In this document: positions 52,545-64,000 of the stretch, piece by piece
How the letters are laid out: the number at the start of each line of letters is the position of its first letter
Numbering within the stretch: position 1 is the stretch's first letter
Translations under genes and position numbers: made by a program
Assembly: GCA_029717555.1 (NCBI GenBank)
Contig: JAMDHS010000094.1
Location: 1 to 64,000, forward strand
Direction: 5' to 3'
DNA length: 64,000 bases
Source of the DNA: Peribolospora baueri
Lineage: Eukaryota
Notes under the pieces: model-generated
What the model was told of the DNA's origin: nothing
What the model saw: only the letters and a program-made list of their open reading frames with translations
Databases searched by the model: none

Positions 52545-54650
52545 GACGAGGAAATGGTTGAGAGTCGACCGTTGGCGGCGAGACGAGTTGCGGTGGGCGT
52601 TGGATGGGTGGAGCGCACACCTGGTCGATCTTCTTGTTTCTCCAGCCGCAAGTGAGCGGTGAAAGCGCAGCGCAGGTGTGAATGAATTGGGGGGCGAAGC
52701 GCAGCTCGCAATAGATGAAAATGAAGAATGAAGGGGAAGCGATGCGGGAGGATGGAATGAAGACAAGAGGATGATGATGGACGACGGTGGCAGTCAAGGG
52801 AGTTCGTCGGGAACGAGGTTGGCGGTGAGACTGGTCGTCCAGGAGAGTGCCTTGGTACAGTCCGCTGGGGTACAGTCGCACGTAGTCCAGACCAGTCCGG
52901 GCAGCCGTGAAGAATGGAAAAGAGAAGACAGACTAAAGGAGTCTGTGGGAGGAGAAGGTGAGATGGTGGCGGTGGTGAGGAGTAAGCCGGTGGTCAAATT
53001 GGCGTTTCGCCCGCGGTCGAACGGGCCCGAAGCAATGACGATTAAAATGCGCTCCCGCCCAGCCGCCCGGGTTCGCTCGCACACACGCCATGATCGTGCG
53101 GAACAAGGGGACGGGAGGGGCCGGAGGAGGCAAACGGCCGCCAAGGCATCCTCATGATCCTTTCTTCACACATGCAAGCCCGAGTTTTCTTCTTTCATCG
53201 CCAGAAGATGATCTTCCGACGTCATCTGCGCCCCAGGAGTTCGTGCGACCCGTGACTGCGGCGCAGCCCGCTAGCGTCCAGCCTGGCGTCAAGGTATGAA
53301 TGGAGACGAAGATGGCCTTCACGACAGAGGGCAACCAGGCTGAGCAGAGGCACCCGCCGATTGATAGACGATATCAGAGACCCCCCGTCCCTCTTCGGAT
53401 CGCAGGGCGAGTCAATGTGACCGTCGCACCTGTGCTGCCAACCAAACGACAGCCCGGACGGAAGACACTCGCTGCGAGCGGTCAAGCGGCCTTGCCAACG
53501 TAAGCAAGGAGGACCGCAAGTGCCTTGGCAAGGTCATTTTTTTCGTGCATCTGCGGCTTTCTTGCTGTCACTCTCCCATCATTCCCGATCCGTTTCGTCG
53601 GCCGTAGGCGTGGTCTCGTCTGCGTGCAGGCGGCGGTGTATGACGAGGGCCACAGTCAAGAAAAGCCATTCCCTTCAAACGGCACCTGCGTCTCACCGGC
53701 GTGCCCTGGCAGAACAACGTTCAAGACTTCGCCGCGAGGCCATTTCTTCGTCCTTTGCCGGCCTGGCTGCTCCACGGATGCCTCCACGATGTGAAGTGCA
53801 CGCGCCTTCTTCGTCACCGGTTGCTCCTCAAATTCATCTGCCCAATCACTTCGAGGGTGTAGACGAGGCCCTGCAAACCATCTTTAAGGTCCGTACCTCG
53901 CTGTCCGAGTCAAGTCTACCACCTTCTCTTGCCTTCTTTTGCAGTAAAGCTATTAGAGTTTTACTTGTCACCTGCGCGTTTTCGACAGGTGAAAGCCGAT
54001 GCTCTCAACAACGCTCTGGGCGAGAAGGCTCTTTCGAGTAAAGAAAATGTTTGTGTTATTCGTGTTTCGGCGAAAGAAGTATCAGTGGCAGTGGTGTTGT
54101 GACCCAGCAAACGAAAAAAAAAGAAAGACGGCGAGAGCGAGTGGCTGTAATCGCCGGCGGGCCCGCACCCTCTGGTTGCTACCCATGCCCTCTAGAATAC
54201 CCTCAATCAGCGAGTATTCCGACGTCCTTCTCCCCCGCAGCTCATCTCAACTTCCACCCCTTCCATCCCCCGCATCCGCAGGTCGTAAACGCAGGCAAGA
54301 GTCCAGCAGCAGCGACTGCACCGCAGCCTTGGCCGCAAAACCAGGGTTAGTATGGCATCGGCGGCTGCTCCAACGGGAAGCCTGAAGAGGCCTGTTGCAC
54401 ACGAGCGACAGTGCTTAAGAAAATGAAGGAGACTTGAACTTAACGAAAGGTGCTTGCGTGGTGGATGTGGTGGACGAGGCAAATTGGGAGATGGCACGCT
54501 AGGCTGTTGCTGGAGTGAAGAAGAGGGCAACGGCGCTCAATAAAATGGAAGATCCAGTGGGAGCGAGGCAGAATCGACTACTGAGGCGAGTCCGCCCGGG
54601 CAAGAGGCGAATTCGATTGAACTAGAGGCGAGTTCGAACGACGCCGAGCT

Positions 54651-55112
54651 CTGCATCGTCGCCTCGGGCACCTCAGCCTTAAAGCGATCAAAGCCGTCGA
54701 GGTGGCTGAAGGAGTCAATATTGCTGATTCGACGCTTGGGACCTGTGAAGCGTGCATCAAACCCAGATCCATGCGAGATCCCTTCACTAGCACACACCAA
54801 AGAGCGACGAGGCCTTTGGAGCTCGTCCATTCCGACGTCTGCGGCCCTATCGCACCTCGTGCCATCGATGGAGCAACCTATTTCGCAGTCTTCATCGATG
54901 ACAGGACGACGATGACGTTCGGACACACTCTGAAAGTAAAGAGTGACGTAGCAGTGAGCGTCAACGAGTTCGTTGCGCTCACTGAGACTCAGAGTGGACG
55001 GACAGTCCAGTGCATCCGTACCGACGGCGGCCAGGAGTACGGCAGCGCCAGCCAGTTCATGAAGGAGAAGGGAATCCTTCATGAGACGACGCGAAGCCCT
55101 TCCCCCCATTGA
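54651..55112 (+). mobile_element. Ty1/copia LTR-retrotransposon remnant (GAG-pre-integrase plus partial rve integrase)
   Basis: HRRLGH..CEACI (HHCC), RATRPLELVHSDVCGP, YFAVFIDD, IRTDGGQEY; stops before the catalytic E; no RT or LTR seen. Confidence 0.9.
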
Positions 55113-55509
55113 CTGTGCTGACCTTAACCAATGTTCTCTTCGTGCTCTAGCAGGTCCATGGCACTCCTCCTACCTATGGGCCTTGATGCGGAAGCCGTCC
55201 ATTGATCCCCCTCTACTGCCGTCTCCCACGAGTCACACGACATGGTCAAGTCCACCCAAGGCTGGAGACGCACGATCACAAGAACGTCAGTGGGGGCGAG
55301 GTGCCAAGGAGAGCAGATGACGCCTGGAAACTCACGCTCATAAGAATCGCACCACTGGGAAACTGGAATGCACAATCCATGAGGAGTGTCAACATGGCCA
55401 GCGCCAACCCTCGTCCGGCACTGTAAGCAGCTACGACTACGTCTCGGGGTTCGATCCGAGGTCCCTGATGAGGTAGAAGTAGCCGGAGAGACAGTCGTGC
55501 AGCGCCCGG

Positions 55510-56108
55510 GAATCACCATCTCCCTTCCAAGTACACCGAGTTTCGTCTCCTAGCGATCAACTACCGCCTCGCGCCGAACACTCCCAGGGGACGGTGTGTG
55601 TCGTCGCGGACGTGACGTAGTACTGGAGGAAGGGACGACGGAAGCTTGATCAGTTAACGACGCCGCCCCACCCGCGAACAAGGTCGTCGGCCCCCTCACC
55701 ACCATGAAGATAGAGAATGACCTTCTGCCTCTTCTTCTCCTTCCCATTCTCTCTCCATTGTTTCTGCATCCTCCTCCATAGCCTTTCGTCCACGTCCCAG
55801 TCCGCGGTGACCTCCCTGCTCCCGTCCTTCTTGTCATCGAATTCCTTCAAGATGCCGCCCCTCCTTCGTCCTTGCTCTGTCTGCCGCGCCCGCCCGACAG
55901 CTCGAGCGGTCTCCACCGCGTTCCTCTCCCACCTCGTACACGGCGACCGGAGATCGTCGTGCGACATCGAGATGTCCCTGTTCACCGCCTTCATGCGCGG
56001 CGTGGCTTCCTACTCCCACCTCACCGACGTCAAGACTGTGCGCTCGTTCGTCAACTTATCCTCGCTCATCCCTCCCCGTCCCAAGGACGCCATCTTCACC
56101 CCAGTCAG
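55510..56108. pseudogene. Scrambled fragments of an HSL-family (Abhydrolase_3) alpha/beta hydrolase
   Basis: Plus 55510-55585 ITISL/KYTEFRLLAINYRLAP; minus 55697-55870 GILKEFD..ADW..LWRRMQ..VILYLHGG; plus 55920-56108 HLVHGDRR..IEMSLFTAFMRG..DAIFTPV. Confidence 0.7.
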
Positions 56109-57217
56109 CACGCAGCTTGAGGGGAAGCAATGGCGAGACGACGCAGCCGTGCAGACGACTCACCCTGTCCTGCAAAGAAGGGCACATATTGCCAAGCGTC
56201 CCTCAGAGCCAAAGGCCGGAACTGCCTCTGAGGGACGCTGGGTCGACACGCGAGGAGGGGGGAGAGTGGCACCTCAAGGAGTGCCTTGCTCAAGGCATGA
56301 ACGAGCCCCTCTATCCTATCAAGATAGTCGTCAACACAGGGTCTAGCCTGCGGCCACCGATAAAATCCTGCACCCTGACAAAGAGCTGGAGATGGCTCCA
56401 AGGACAATTGAGGATGACCACGAGTCGAGCTAGCCGAGCGAAAACATTTGGGTTACATTTTGTGGGAGAAGCAAGCAAACAAGTAGGAGAGAATGGTTCC
56501 GGATGGAGTGGCCTCAGTATCGAGTTTCATTAAGCTGTTTTATGACAGCTCAGAATGTTAGTCACCCGTCAACAAACCCCCACTGGTTCACATAGGTTGC
56601 AGTCCGGCCAATTGGACATGACTAAGAGAGAAAGCGGGAAAAAAAGATGGAAATGGAGATGGTTGCGCAGATGTGGAAGGATGACAGGTCGGACTAGTAA
56701 GTCTGAGAATCGAAGCAGCTTTCAACCTCCTGACCTGGATGAGAAGCCGGCATGGAGGCTGGCCGGAAGCTCAGTGCAATTCCACGCAGGTAACAAGGGA
56801 GGGAGAGCCAGAGCAAGTGGTCTGTGCTGACCACCGCCGGCAGCTGCGGCGCGAGATGGGCATGGCGGACCCGGCAAGCGCGGGTGGGTTCTCCACTGGA
56901 GGCGGTTGGCTGCCCTCAAACATAATTACCTCTGTCGTCCATGGTCACTCATCGTGTACTAGCGGGCACCACACGCCCCCAACGCTTCGTCATCCTCCTC
57001 AGAACAATATCGAGACCCTATTCCTGGAATGACATAGGTAATGATACATTGTGCGACGCCGTCTACTCGCCGGTTTCAGCTGGTCTTCGCCGACGATTCC
57101 TGCCGAGTCGCTCCGAAAAGACGATCACTAAGATACGAGCCATTATACCGTGCTGTGTTCTCACCACGACATTGAGCACAGAGAGGCGGCTGACCGCATA
57201 CCCCGTCTCAAGCTCCA

Positions 57218-60208
57218 TCACTCGCTTCCTCCGTGCAGGTGTTCATGTCCGTATCCGTCCGGAAGGTCCATCTTCCTTCCTTTCGAGGACGGCGACAAAG
57301 CCGGGGACGAGCGCGAGAGGGATGCCGGTGAACCGTCTCTTCCTCGGCTCCGTTGTGTCGTTCTTCGAATAGTTACCTCGCTGACATCCGCTATGGGAGG
57401 ATCTCTGTCGTTCCATGAGCCGTAGAATGCGGTCCCCGTCCAGGCCCGTGTGACAGTCGTGGTCGCGGTGGACGTAGCGTCCGAGGGGTCAATGGCAAGG
57501 CCTCTTGAAATCGGTGACGCCAGCGTCCCTTCAGCGTTCAGAGTGGCCGTGGAGAAACCAGTCGCCCGTTCCATCGCATCTCGTCCTCCTTCAACTCTTT
57601 CTCCACCGCCGAGTAGCGGACTCTCTTCATCCACAACTTTCGACCTCCGTCGACGACCTCGGTGATGTTTCCGGCTGGCGCGGGTGTACAGAAAGGCCTG
57701 GGCGCAGATGATCACGTCAAAGAGGAGTGTGCCAGCCGAGCCGAGGAGGAATGGTACTAGGAGAAGGATGGTTGTTTTTGGGGAGAGAGACAGTAACCGC
57801 GTAGAGTCAGAGAACCCGCCCAGTTCAACGTAAAATCGCAAATGAATACGCTCCCCGACTTACCCGACTCCAATAAATACTCTGTGCTCTTCGGCGGCGG
57901 TTCAGCAACGATGGGTGAAGTGAGAATGCTAAGCGTGTAGAAGAAGTTGCCGCAGAAAGCCGCGACAAAAAGTAGCATGCTCAGCCCTTCGACACTCTGG
58001 CGTGTGTAATTCGTCCAGATTTGGGGTAGGCGGCTGGTCAGGTAGAGAACAGTGCAGATCCAGGCGAAGATGCGACCTATGAGGCGATCCGTCGAGGCTC
58101 GATCCGACCGAGGCGGTGGCTGTTGCATTTCAGGCGGGAGTCGAGGCTGAGGGGGTTCGGTGTCAGGCGAGATCGGCGATTGTGGATAATGGTCGTCTTG
58201 GACGTGATCATCATCGGCGTCACCGGTCGTGGTGGAAACGTGATGAGGTAAGGAAAAGGACAGATTCGAACAGCGTCCCGGATCCTTTCCGCCTTCTAGA
58301 TCGCACGGGAGGAGACGCTGCTCATCGACGCCGATGCCGAGAGTGGGCGAAGATGAATGATAGTAGAACGAAGCGGGATGACGAGCTAAAAGAAAGGCGC
58401 TGGCTCGGTCGATGGACGACAGGGACGCGTTGACCGCCGAGATCGACGGAACAGACGTGAGTGTAGAAGATGCGGTGGAGGAGAAGAACGGTGTCTCTGA
58501 AGACGGGATGACACTGCCAACTTGACGTTTATGGGCGCCCCACGCTCTGCCAGTCCCTCGCTTGTCTATAACCGAACCCGCCCCAGCGGAGGGTTCGGAT
58601 GGTGCCCAATAATTGCTGAAACGTCCAAGGCCGACGAGGAGCCACACGCTCATGAAGACAATGCTCGCGCTGGTCCGGCCAGCGCTTGGGCTCCTGCCAG
58701 TGACCATGCTTCCGCTTCTACTCCTTGCCACCGCTGACGGTTGGAGATGGGAGCGCGCTTGGATAGATGCCGACGGCGGATGCGAGCCAGTCGGATCCGT
58801 CGTCGTGGTCCACGGAACAAGACCACCCTCTTCGGACCGGTTGGCGTCCCGATCATCCAGCAACGGCGAGAGCGCGTTGGCCACCGCCGACTGAGCAGCT
58901 CTTCGGAACGTGCGGCCCCTCCTCTCGTTGCCGGAACATGAGGAAGACACAGGTGCGGACCGCCTGTCTCCGAGAGGGGCTGATCCCATGTCATCCGGAA
59001 TAGGACCACGGAAAGGCGAGGACGATGGTTCTCGCGGTTTACGAGGTATTCTCCCGCCATCGCCGCGAGAGGCAACAGACGGGTCGCGACGACATTCGTA
59101 CGGCGATACCTTCCTCCGGAGGGACGTGGAAGTCCGATCCGAGAGGAGACTGGAGGTCATGTACCCTACCATATCCGCACCCTCGTCCTCCTCCATGCTA
59201 TCTTCTTCTCCTTCCCGCGCTCGTCTTCGATGCGAGTGGCCCCGTTGGCGGGATCGGCTGCCCCTCTCCAAGCTTGCTTCCTCAGCCGCCTCTGCGGCCA
59301 GCTCTGCAAGGCTGGCTGCGGCGAGGGAGAGAGCGCGGAGTGAGTCTTCGGTATGATGGTGGTGATGGTGATGGTGAGGGTGATGAGCGGGATGAGGACC
59401 GTGATATGTGCTGGGTTGGGAAGTTCTACTTGCCCTCGATGGCTGCCGTTCCAGCTCGGGACGACAGGTGGAGTGGGAGCGCACAGCGGGGTGGTGGTGG
59501 CGATGCCGGCGTATGCGCGCTCGTGATTTCGCCTTACGCCAGTAATCTGTGCAACGCGGAGACAACGAGAGAGCGGTCAATATAGACGTGGTCAAGAACG
59601 CGTCAAATCCAGGTAGAGGGCCCATACGAGCTCACAGAAGTACTGCGTCATCAGGCACATGTCGATGAAGCAGAAGTAGGTAGCTACGGCGGTCTGCAGG
59701 TTGAGGGGAGAAAACATGGGAAACGAGAACCACTAATCAGCACCTGTGTCGTCGACGCAGCCACGGTAGGAGGAGGGCGTGGCGTCTGAATACGGTTCAA
59801 TGCAGGAAAAAAAATGACGCACTTGAAAAGGTAGCTGATGCGTCAATATGCACCCGACCAGATTTGCGACATCGCCGGCCATCCAACTCATGAGGAACTG
59901 CATGCTCAGTCCTTCCACATCCCCGCGTCGTGCATTCTCTAGAATTTGCCTAAGAGAATAGAAGAGTGGAAAACAGGAGCCAGTCGTGAAAGACGAACGG
60001 GTTGGTAAGAATGTATGCATGATTGACGTCCACGCGCCCCGCCTGCCGCCCGTCCTCCCATGCATTTCGATCACAAGAGGTGGGGTAAAAAAGGTGGGGA
60101 GGGGCGAATAACTCACGGAAACTGTGCACCAAGCCAAGCAATGAAGCTAGCTGTGCCGAAGGCATCGCTCAACGACTGAGATGTCCAAGCGCCAGCGACA
60201 TTGAGCAT
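57218..60208 (-). CDS. PQ-loop vacuolar cationic amino-acid transporter (Ypq/Rtc2 family) with a long central insertion
   Basis: FIAWLGAQFP|QILENARRGDVEGLS..WMAGDVANLVGCILTHQLPFQ; second repeat AWICTVLYLTSRLPQIWTNY..SVEGLS; PFLLGSAGTLLFD. Confidence 0.9.
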
Positions 60209-60704
60209 GGCAGCGCGGGCGGCGGGGAAGGAGAGGCGGCGTGATCGCAGGCGGGGATAGACAAGGGGAACGAGTCAAGCTCAAATACCGACGAGACCAG
60301 CAGAAGCGGATGGAAAGGGGGATGCGGTGGGTGGAGGTGAGGAAGAGAACATGCGATATAGACGATACAGCTGGCTGGGCTGTCGACCGTCGTGTGAGAG
60401 GCGACGGCCCGGAGCGATAGCAGATAAAGCCCAGCAGATCTCCTTCCTCACGTGGACACCCGCGCTCCCGACCCGGCATATCGCCGCAGCAAGGATATGA
60501 GCCGGGGATTTCGAACTTGAACTGCGGCACAAGCGGATACGGATCGGGAGTCAGCCATTGCTCCAACTTGGTTCTCTTTGCCTACCGAACTGGCCCCTTC
60601 GCTCTTCCACTTTGCCCGGCTAGCTCTCCTTCGCTCTTCTAGCTGCTGCCTCTGAGCTCTGCTAGGCGACTCTCCGTGAGCGGTTGGTCAGGTCGGGAGA
60701 TGCG

Positions 60705-62696
60705 ATGTGCAGATTATTAGGTGTGTGACCGCTGATAACGATACTCCGTCGCTCGCACGACTTGACCTGACCGAATCGACCGGCCTGAATGTCGTCGCTC
60801 TTCTCCTCGCAGTATTCAAGGGCGCCGAACCTATTCAGCTCCAGCATTTGATCACCAAGCCGTGTCACAGCATCATCAATCAGGTGGGCCCGACATGGCA
60901 TGTATGGCCAAACGGACAAAGTCGTGCTCACTTCGTTGATCCGCCCGTTTCGTCTTGTTTGGTCAACCGAAGGCGTTTGATTCGAGGCTGAGGCTGGATG
61001 CCACCCGCTCGGTGAACGTGAGCCTTGCACCAAGTCTTTGGTATGGGGCTGAGGCAGCATTTACTAACTTTGGCTCTTCGTCTCGCTTGGCCATGCTAGG
61101 GCGATGGGTTTGGAGTGGGCTGGTACGACTCGGTCGAAGACCAGGAGCTGGGCCAAGCTCCGGTGAGTCAGAGGCGGATGGAGACATTAAACATGAGAGC
61201 GTCTGTGCTCAACAGGGCACACTTTCCTTTATCCACCGGGGCGCATTAGTGCATCTTCACCTCGGTGACGCCGGCATGGAATAACCAAAACCTGCATCGA
61301 CTGGCGGAGAAGATCAAATCGCCCCTAGTATTGTGAGCGGCCTACTGTTCTGTGATCGTAGCCAGGTGCGACTGCTGACGGGTGATGATCTTGCCTCGTC
61401 GTTGCCTACCTCATGCCCGGACAGCGCCCATGTCAGAGCCAGCACGGCCGGTGCGCTGTCGGAAACGAATTGTCATCCGTGGCGGTTCGGGAAGTTGATG
61501 TGGTAAGGAAGGCGTGCTGACAGTAGTCTCGTTGGATCTTATATGAACTTTTAATTTCTTCTTTTGGTCAGGATGCACAACGGCTCTCTTGGCGACTTCA
61601 ACCTGTACAAGCGTCGACTACAAGAATCGCTGACCGACGAGCTCTTCCTTTTCCCTCAAGGAAATACGGATTCCGAGTGGGCGTTCGCCGTGTTTCTGGG
61701 CAAGCTCGACGACCCGAGAAAGCACGAGTTTACGCATCAGGAGCTGAAACAGGCCATGTTGGAGACGATCAAGCAGCTGAACGCGTGGGCGGAGGAAGTG
61801 GGAAGCAAAGAGGTGAGTCTCGTGCTTTCATCGGCGTCGCAGGGGAAGACTCACTTTAGACGACTCGCTCTTTTCTCTCTCGCAGCCATCGCTCATGAAC
61901 TTTTGTGTTACCGACGGCCGGTCGGTGGTATGTACTCGCTACATCTCTTCGAGGACGGAGGAAGCGGCTTCTCTGGTGAGTGCGCGTTGTGTTCGCAGTA
62001 GGGCGGCATTTGAGGATGGAGGTGGGAAGTTGATGAACGGTTGCACCGTGTAGTATTTTTCTTCCGGGACGAGCTTTGACGAGTACAAGGAAGGTGGATT
62101 CTATCGGATGGTGAAGGCGGACAAGCGAGAGAAGATCATCCTGGTGGCAAGCGAGCCGCTGACATTCGAGAAGGGTGGGTGAGATGGGGCTGTGTTGGCG
62201 TCGCTCGTTCTTTGCTTTGCGGTCGTCGCTGATTCGGCCAACGGTGGTGACGACGGACGGACAGCGGATTGGATGGAAATCCCGACGAACACGCTCCTCT
62301 GCATTACGCCCAAAGTGAGTACGGAGTGGCGTTGGCATGAGGATGGGTCGAATGGAAGCTCAACTAGCTACGCTGGGGCAGATGAACGTTTTGCAGCAAC
62401 CGATCGTGGACCAATACTACATACCGCCGGCTCGTCTTCGGTCCACGTCATCATCGACGGCGGCACCGGCAGGACGACAGGCGAACTTTGCGACGCAAAA
62501 GGGTTTCCCACCGGCTTCTCAGGTCAACGCGTTGCACGCAGAGGACGTCAAAGCTTTCAAGGCGGGCTTGACAGAGAATGGGACGAAGCGGGGACCTGGA
62601 TCAGGACCTGGATTGGCCCACGGGCACGCGGCGATGAGGCCGACGGGCGTTGGCATGCCGGCGTCGATCAGGGTGGGCGGAGGTGGAGAGCGTTGA
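60705..62696 (+). CDS. DUG3: Class II glutamine amidotransferase Dug3, multi-exon
   Basis: N-terminal MCRLL nucleophile, HSIINQAFDSRLRLD, DGFGVGWY, SVTPAWNNQNL, AHVRAST, NCHPW, MHNG, QGNTDSEWAFA, VASEPLTFE. Confidence 0.92.
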
Positions 62697-63264
62697 AGGG
62701 CGGGTGGTTGGGTGGGTGGTTGGATTGGGAAGGATGGCGGGGCGTGTGGCCGATGGACATTATGGATGCATTCCGGATACGCTCGCTTGGCTGTTTGCTC
62801 GGCTCTGTCTGTACTAATGATCAATGAAAGAGGGTTAGGATCACGAGACGTGATATGATATGATGGGACAGGCGGCACGAACGGCGAAAGGAGGATGCTG
62901 AGGTGGCGCGGTGGGCTGTGCGCGGTGCGGTTGGCGAACGTGTGTACGCACGCACGCACGGTCGTGGGCCGGGCTTGCTTGACTTAGCCGCCGGGCACGG
63001 CCGCAGCGGGAGCGGAGGGGCGGTTGGATATACAAGGGCGCTGACTGGCTGGATGTGAGGAGGGTAGGTGACGTACAAAGGTATACGTACTTACGTCGTG
63101 GCGTCGCCCGCATCGCGAGTCGGTGAGTGGGTGTGGGGTGGACGCTGTCACACCCGCGTCGCACCCGCACTTTTCTTCTCCGCTTGGCTTCGCGGCGCAT
63201 TCGGAAAGCATGGTCCACGCGGTGCGACGTCGGAGGCAAAAGCGAGGGCGAGCCATTGGGAAGC

Positions 63265-63530
63265 GACGCAATGCGATGTGCATCGATGTGATGCGCAGCG
63301 ATGTGATGCGACGCAGTGCAGTGCGGTGCGTGCAACGCTATGAGATGCGAAGCAATGTGATGCGCGATGCAATGTGATGCACCCCGGCCAATTCCACCGA
63401 GGGCGCATCCATCCGGTGTCCGTGTCCTTCCGTCTCTATCCATTCATTCATCCGTCTATCTATCTATCCATTCATCTATCCATCCGCCCATCCATCCGTC
63501 CGCCCATCCCATCATCCGTTTATCCAACGC
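63265..63530. repeat. Degenerate microsatellites: (GATGY)n then (CATC)n
   Basis: GCGATGTG/GATGC repeats at 63265-63380; CATC/TATC repeats at 63405-63530. Confidence 0.8.
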
Positions 63531-64000
63531 GTCGGGTCGAGTGCTGAGCACTTGGGTGTCAAGTGGCCGACTCCGACTCCGGCTCAACCGCTGGGCTGGC
63601 TGGCTGGTGTCGAGTCACTCATCACTCACTCACTTGGTTCGGTCCGCGCCCCGCCGAGTCGCCGTCGGCCGCCGTCGGTCGCCGCTGGCAGCCAGCCAGC
63701 TTAGCTGCGGGGTTAGGTCAGGTCAGTGCGGCGACGGTGATCGCACGTCCATCCGCCCGCACAGCACCGCGCGTTCGGCCACCAGCCGAGGCCGGCCCGG
63801 CCACGCGAGCGGGTCGTTCGGCGTCGGTCCGACGATCCCATAGTAATCCCCCGCCATGCCGCCCGTCGCCCTCGGCCCGAGCCCACAGAAAGCGCCGACA
63901 TGTCCATCTCCTTACGGCGACGGCAGCCAAGCCGGCCAGTCCGGCGACTGGGCGAGCGTGAGCGGTGGCCATCGCACAAGATCGGTCCGATCGATCGCCT

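Overview
Eukaryotic, GC-rich, intron-dense fungal DNA; basidiomycete, probably Ustilaginomycotina (inferred from gene style). About 20 spliced genes are recognisable: UNG1 (5'-truncated), URC4/DUF1688, COQ7, MTO1, CWF19-like, a conserved hypothetical protein, a thioredoxin-like membrane protein, a WW protein, PRMT5/HSL7, a secreted carboxylesterase, POM33, cytochrome b5-acyl-CoA dehydrogenase, a divergent H4/H3 pair, DPH3, VPS37, a TOM6-like protein, DGK1, a KTR/MNT1 mannosyltransferase, a PQ-loop transporter and DUG3. There is also an intron-containing tRNA-Asp. The main oddities are: (1) MTO1 runs in frame with no stop into COQ7, a candidate mitochondrial tandem polyprotein; (2) a 27-30.3 kb accessory locus whose minus strand holds eight back-to-back intron-like units (GTRAGA donor, twin TACTAAC-type branch points, AAG) separated by zero- or 5-nt exons; (3) an alpha/beta-hydrolase gene broken into re-ordered, inverted pieces beside a copia integrase remnant; (4) a foldback with a flanking direct repeat at 49.4 kb; (5) a PIP-box-like motif inside a long insertion in the UNG catalytic domain. 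Exon boundaries were read by eye and family assignments come from remembered motifs, not database searches.
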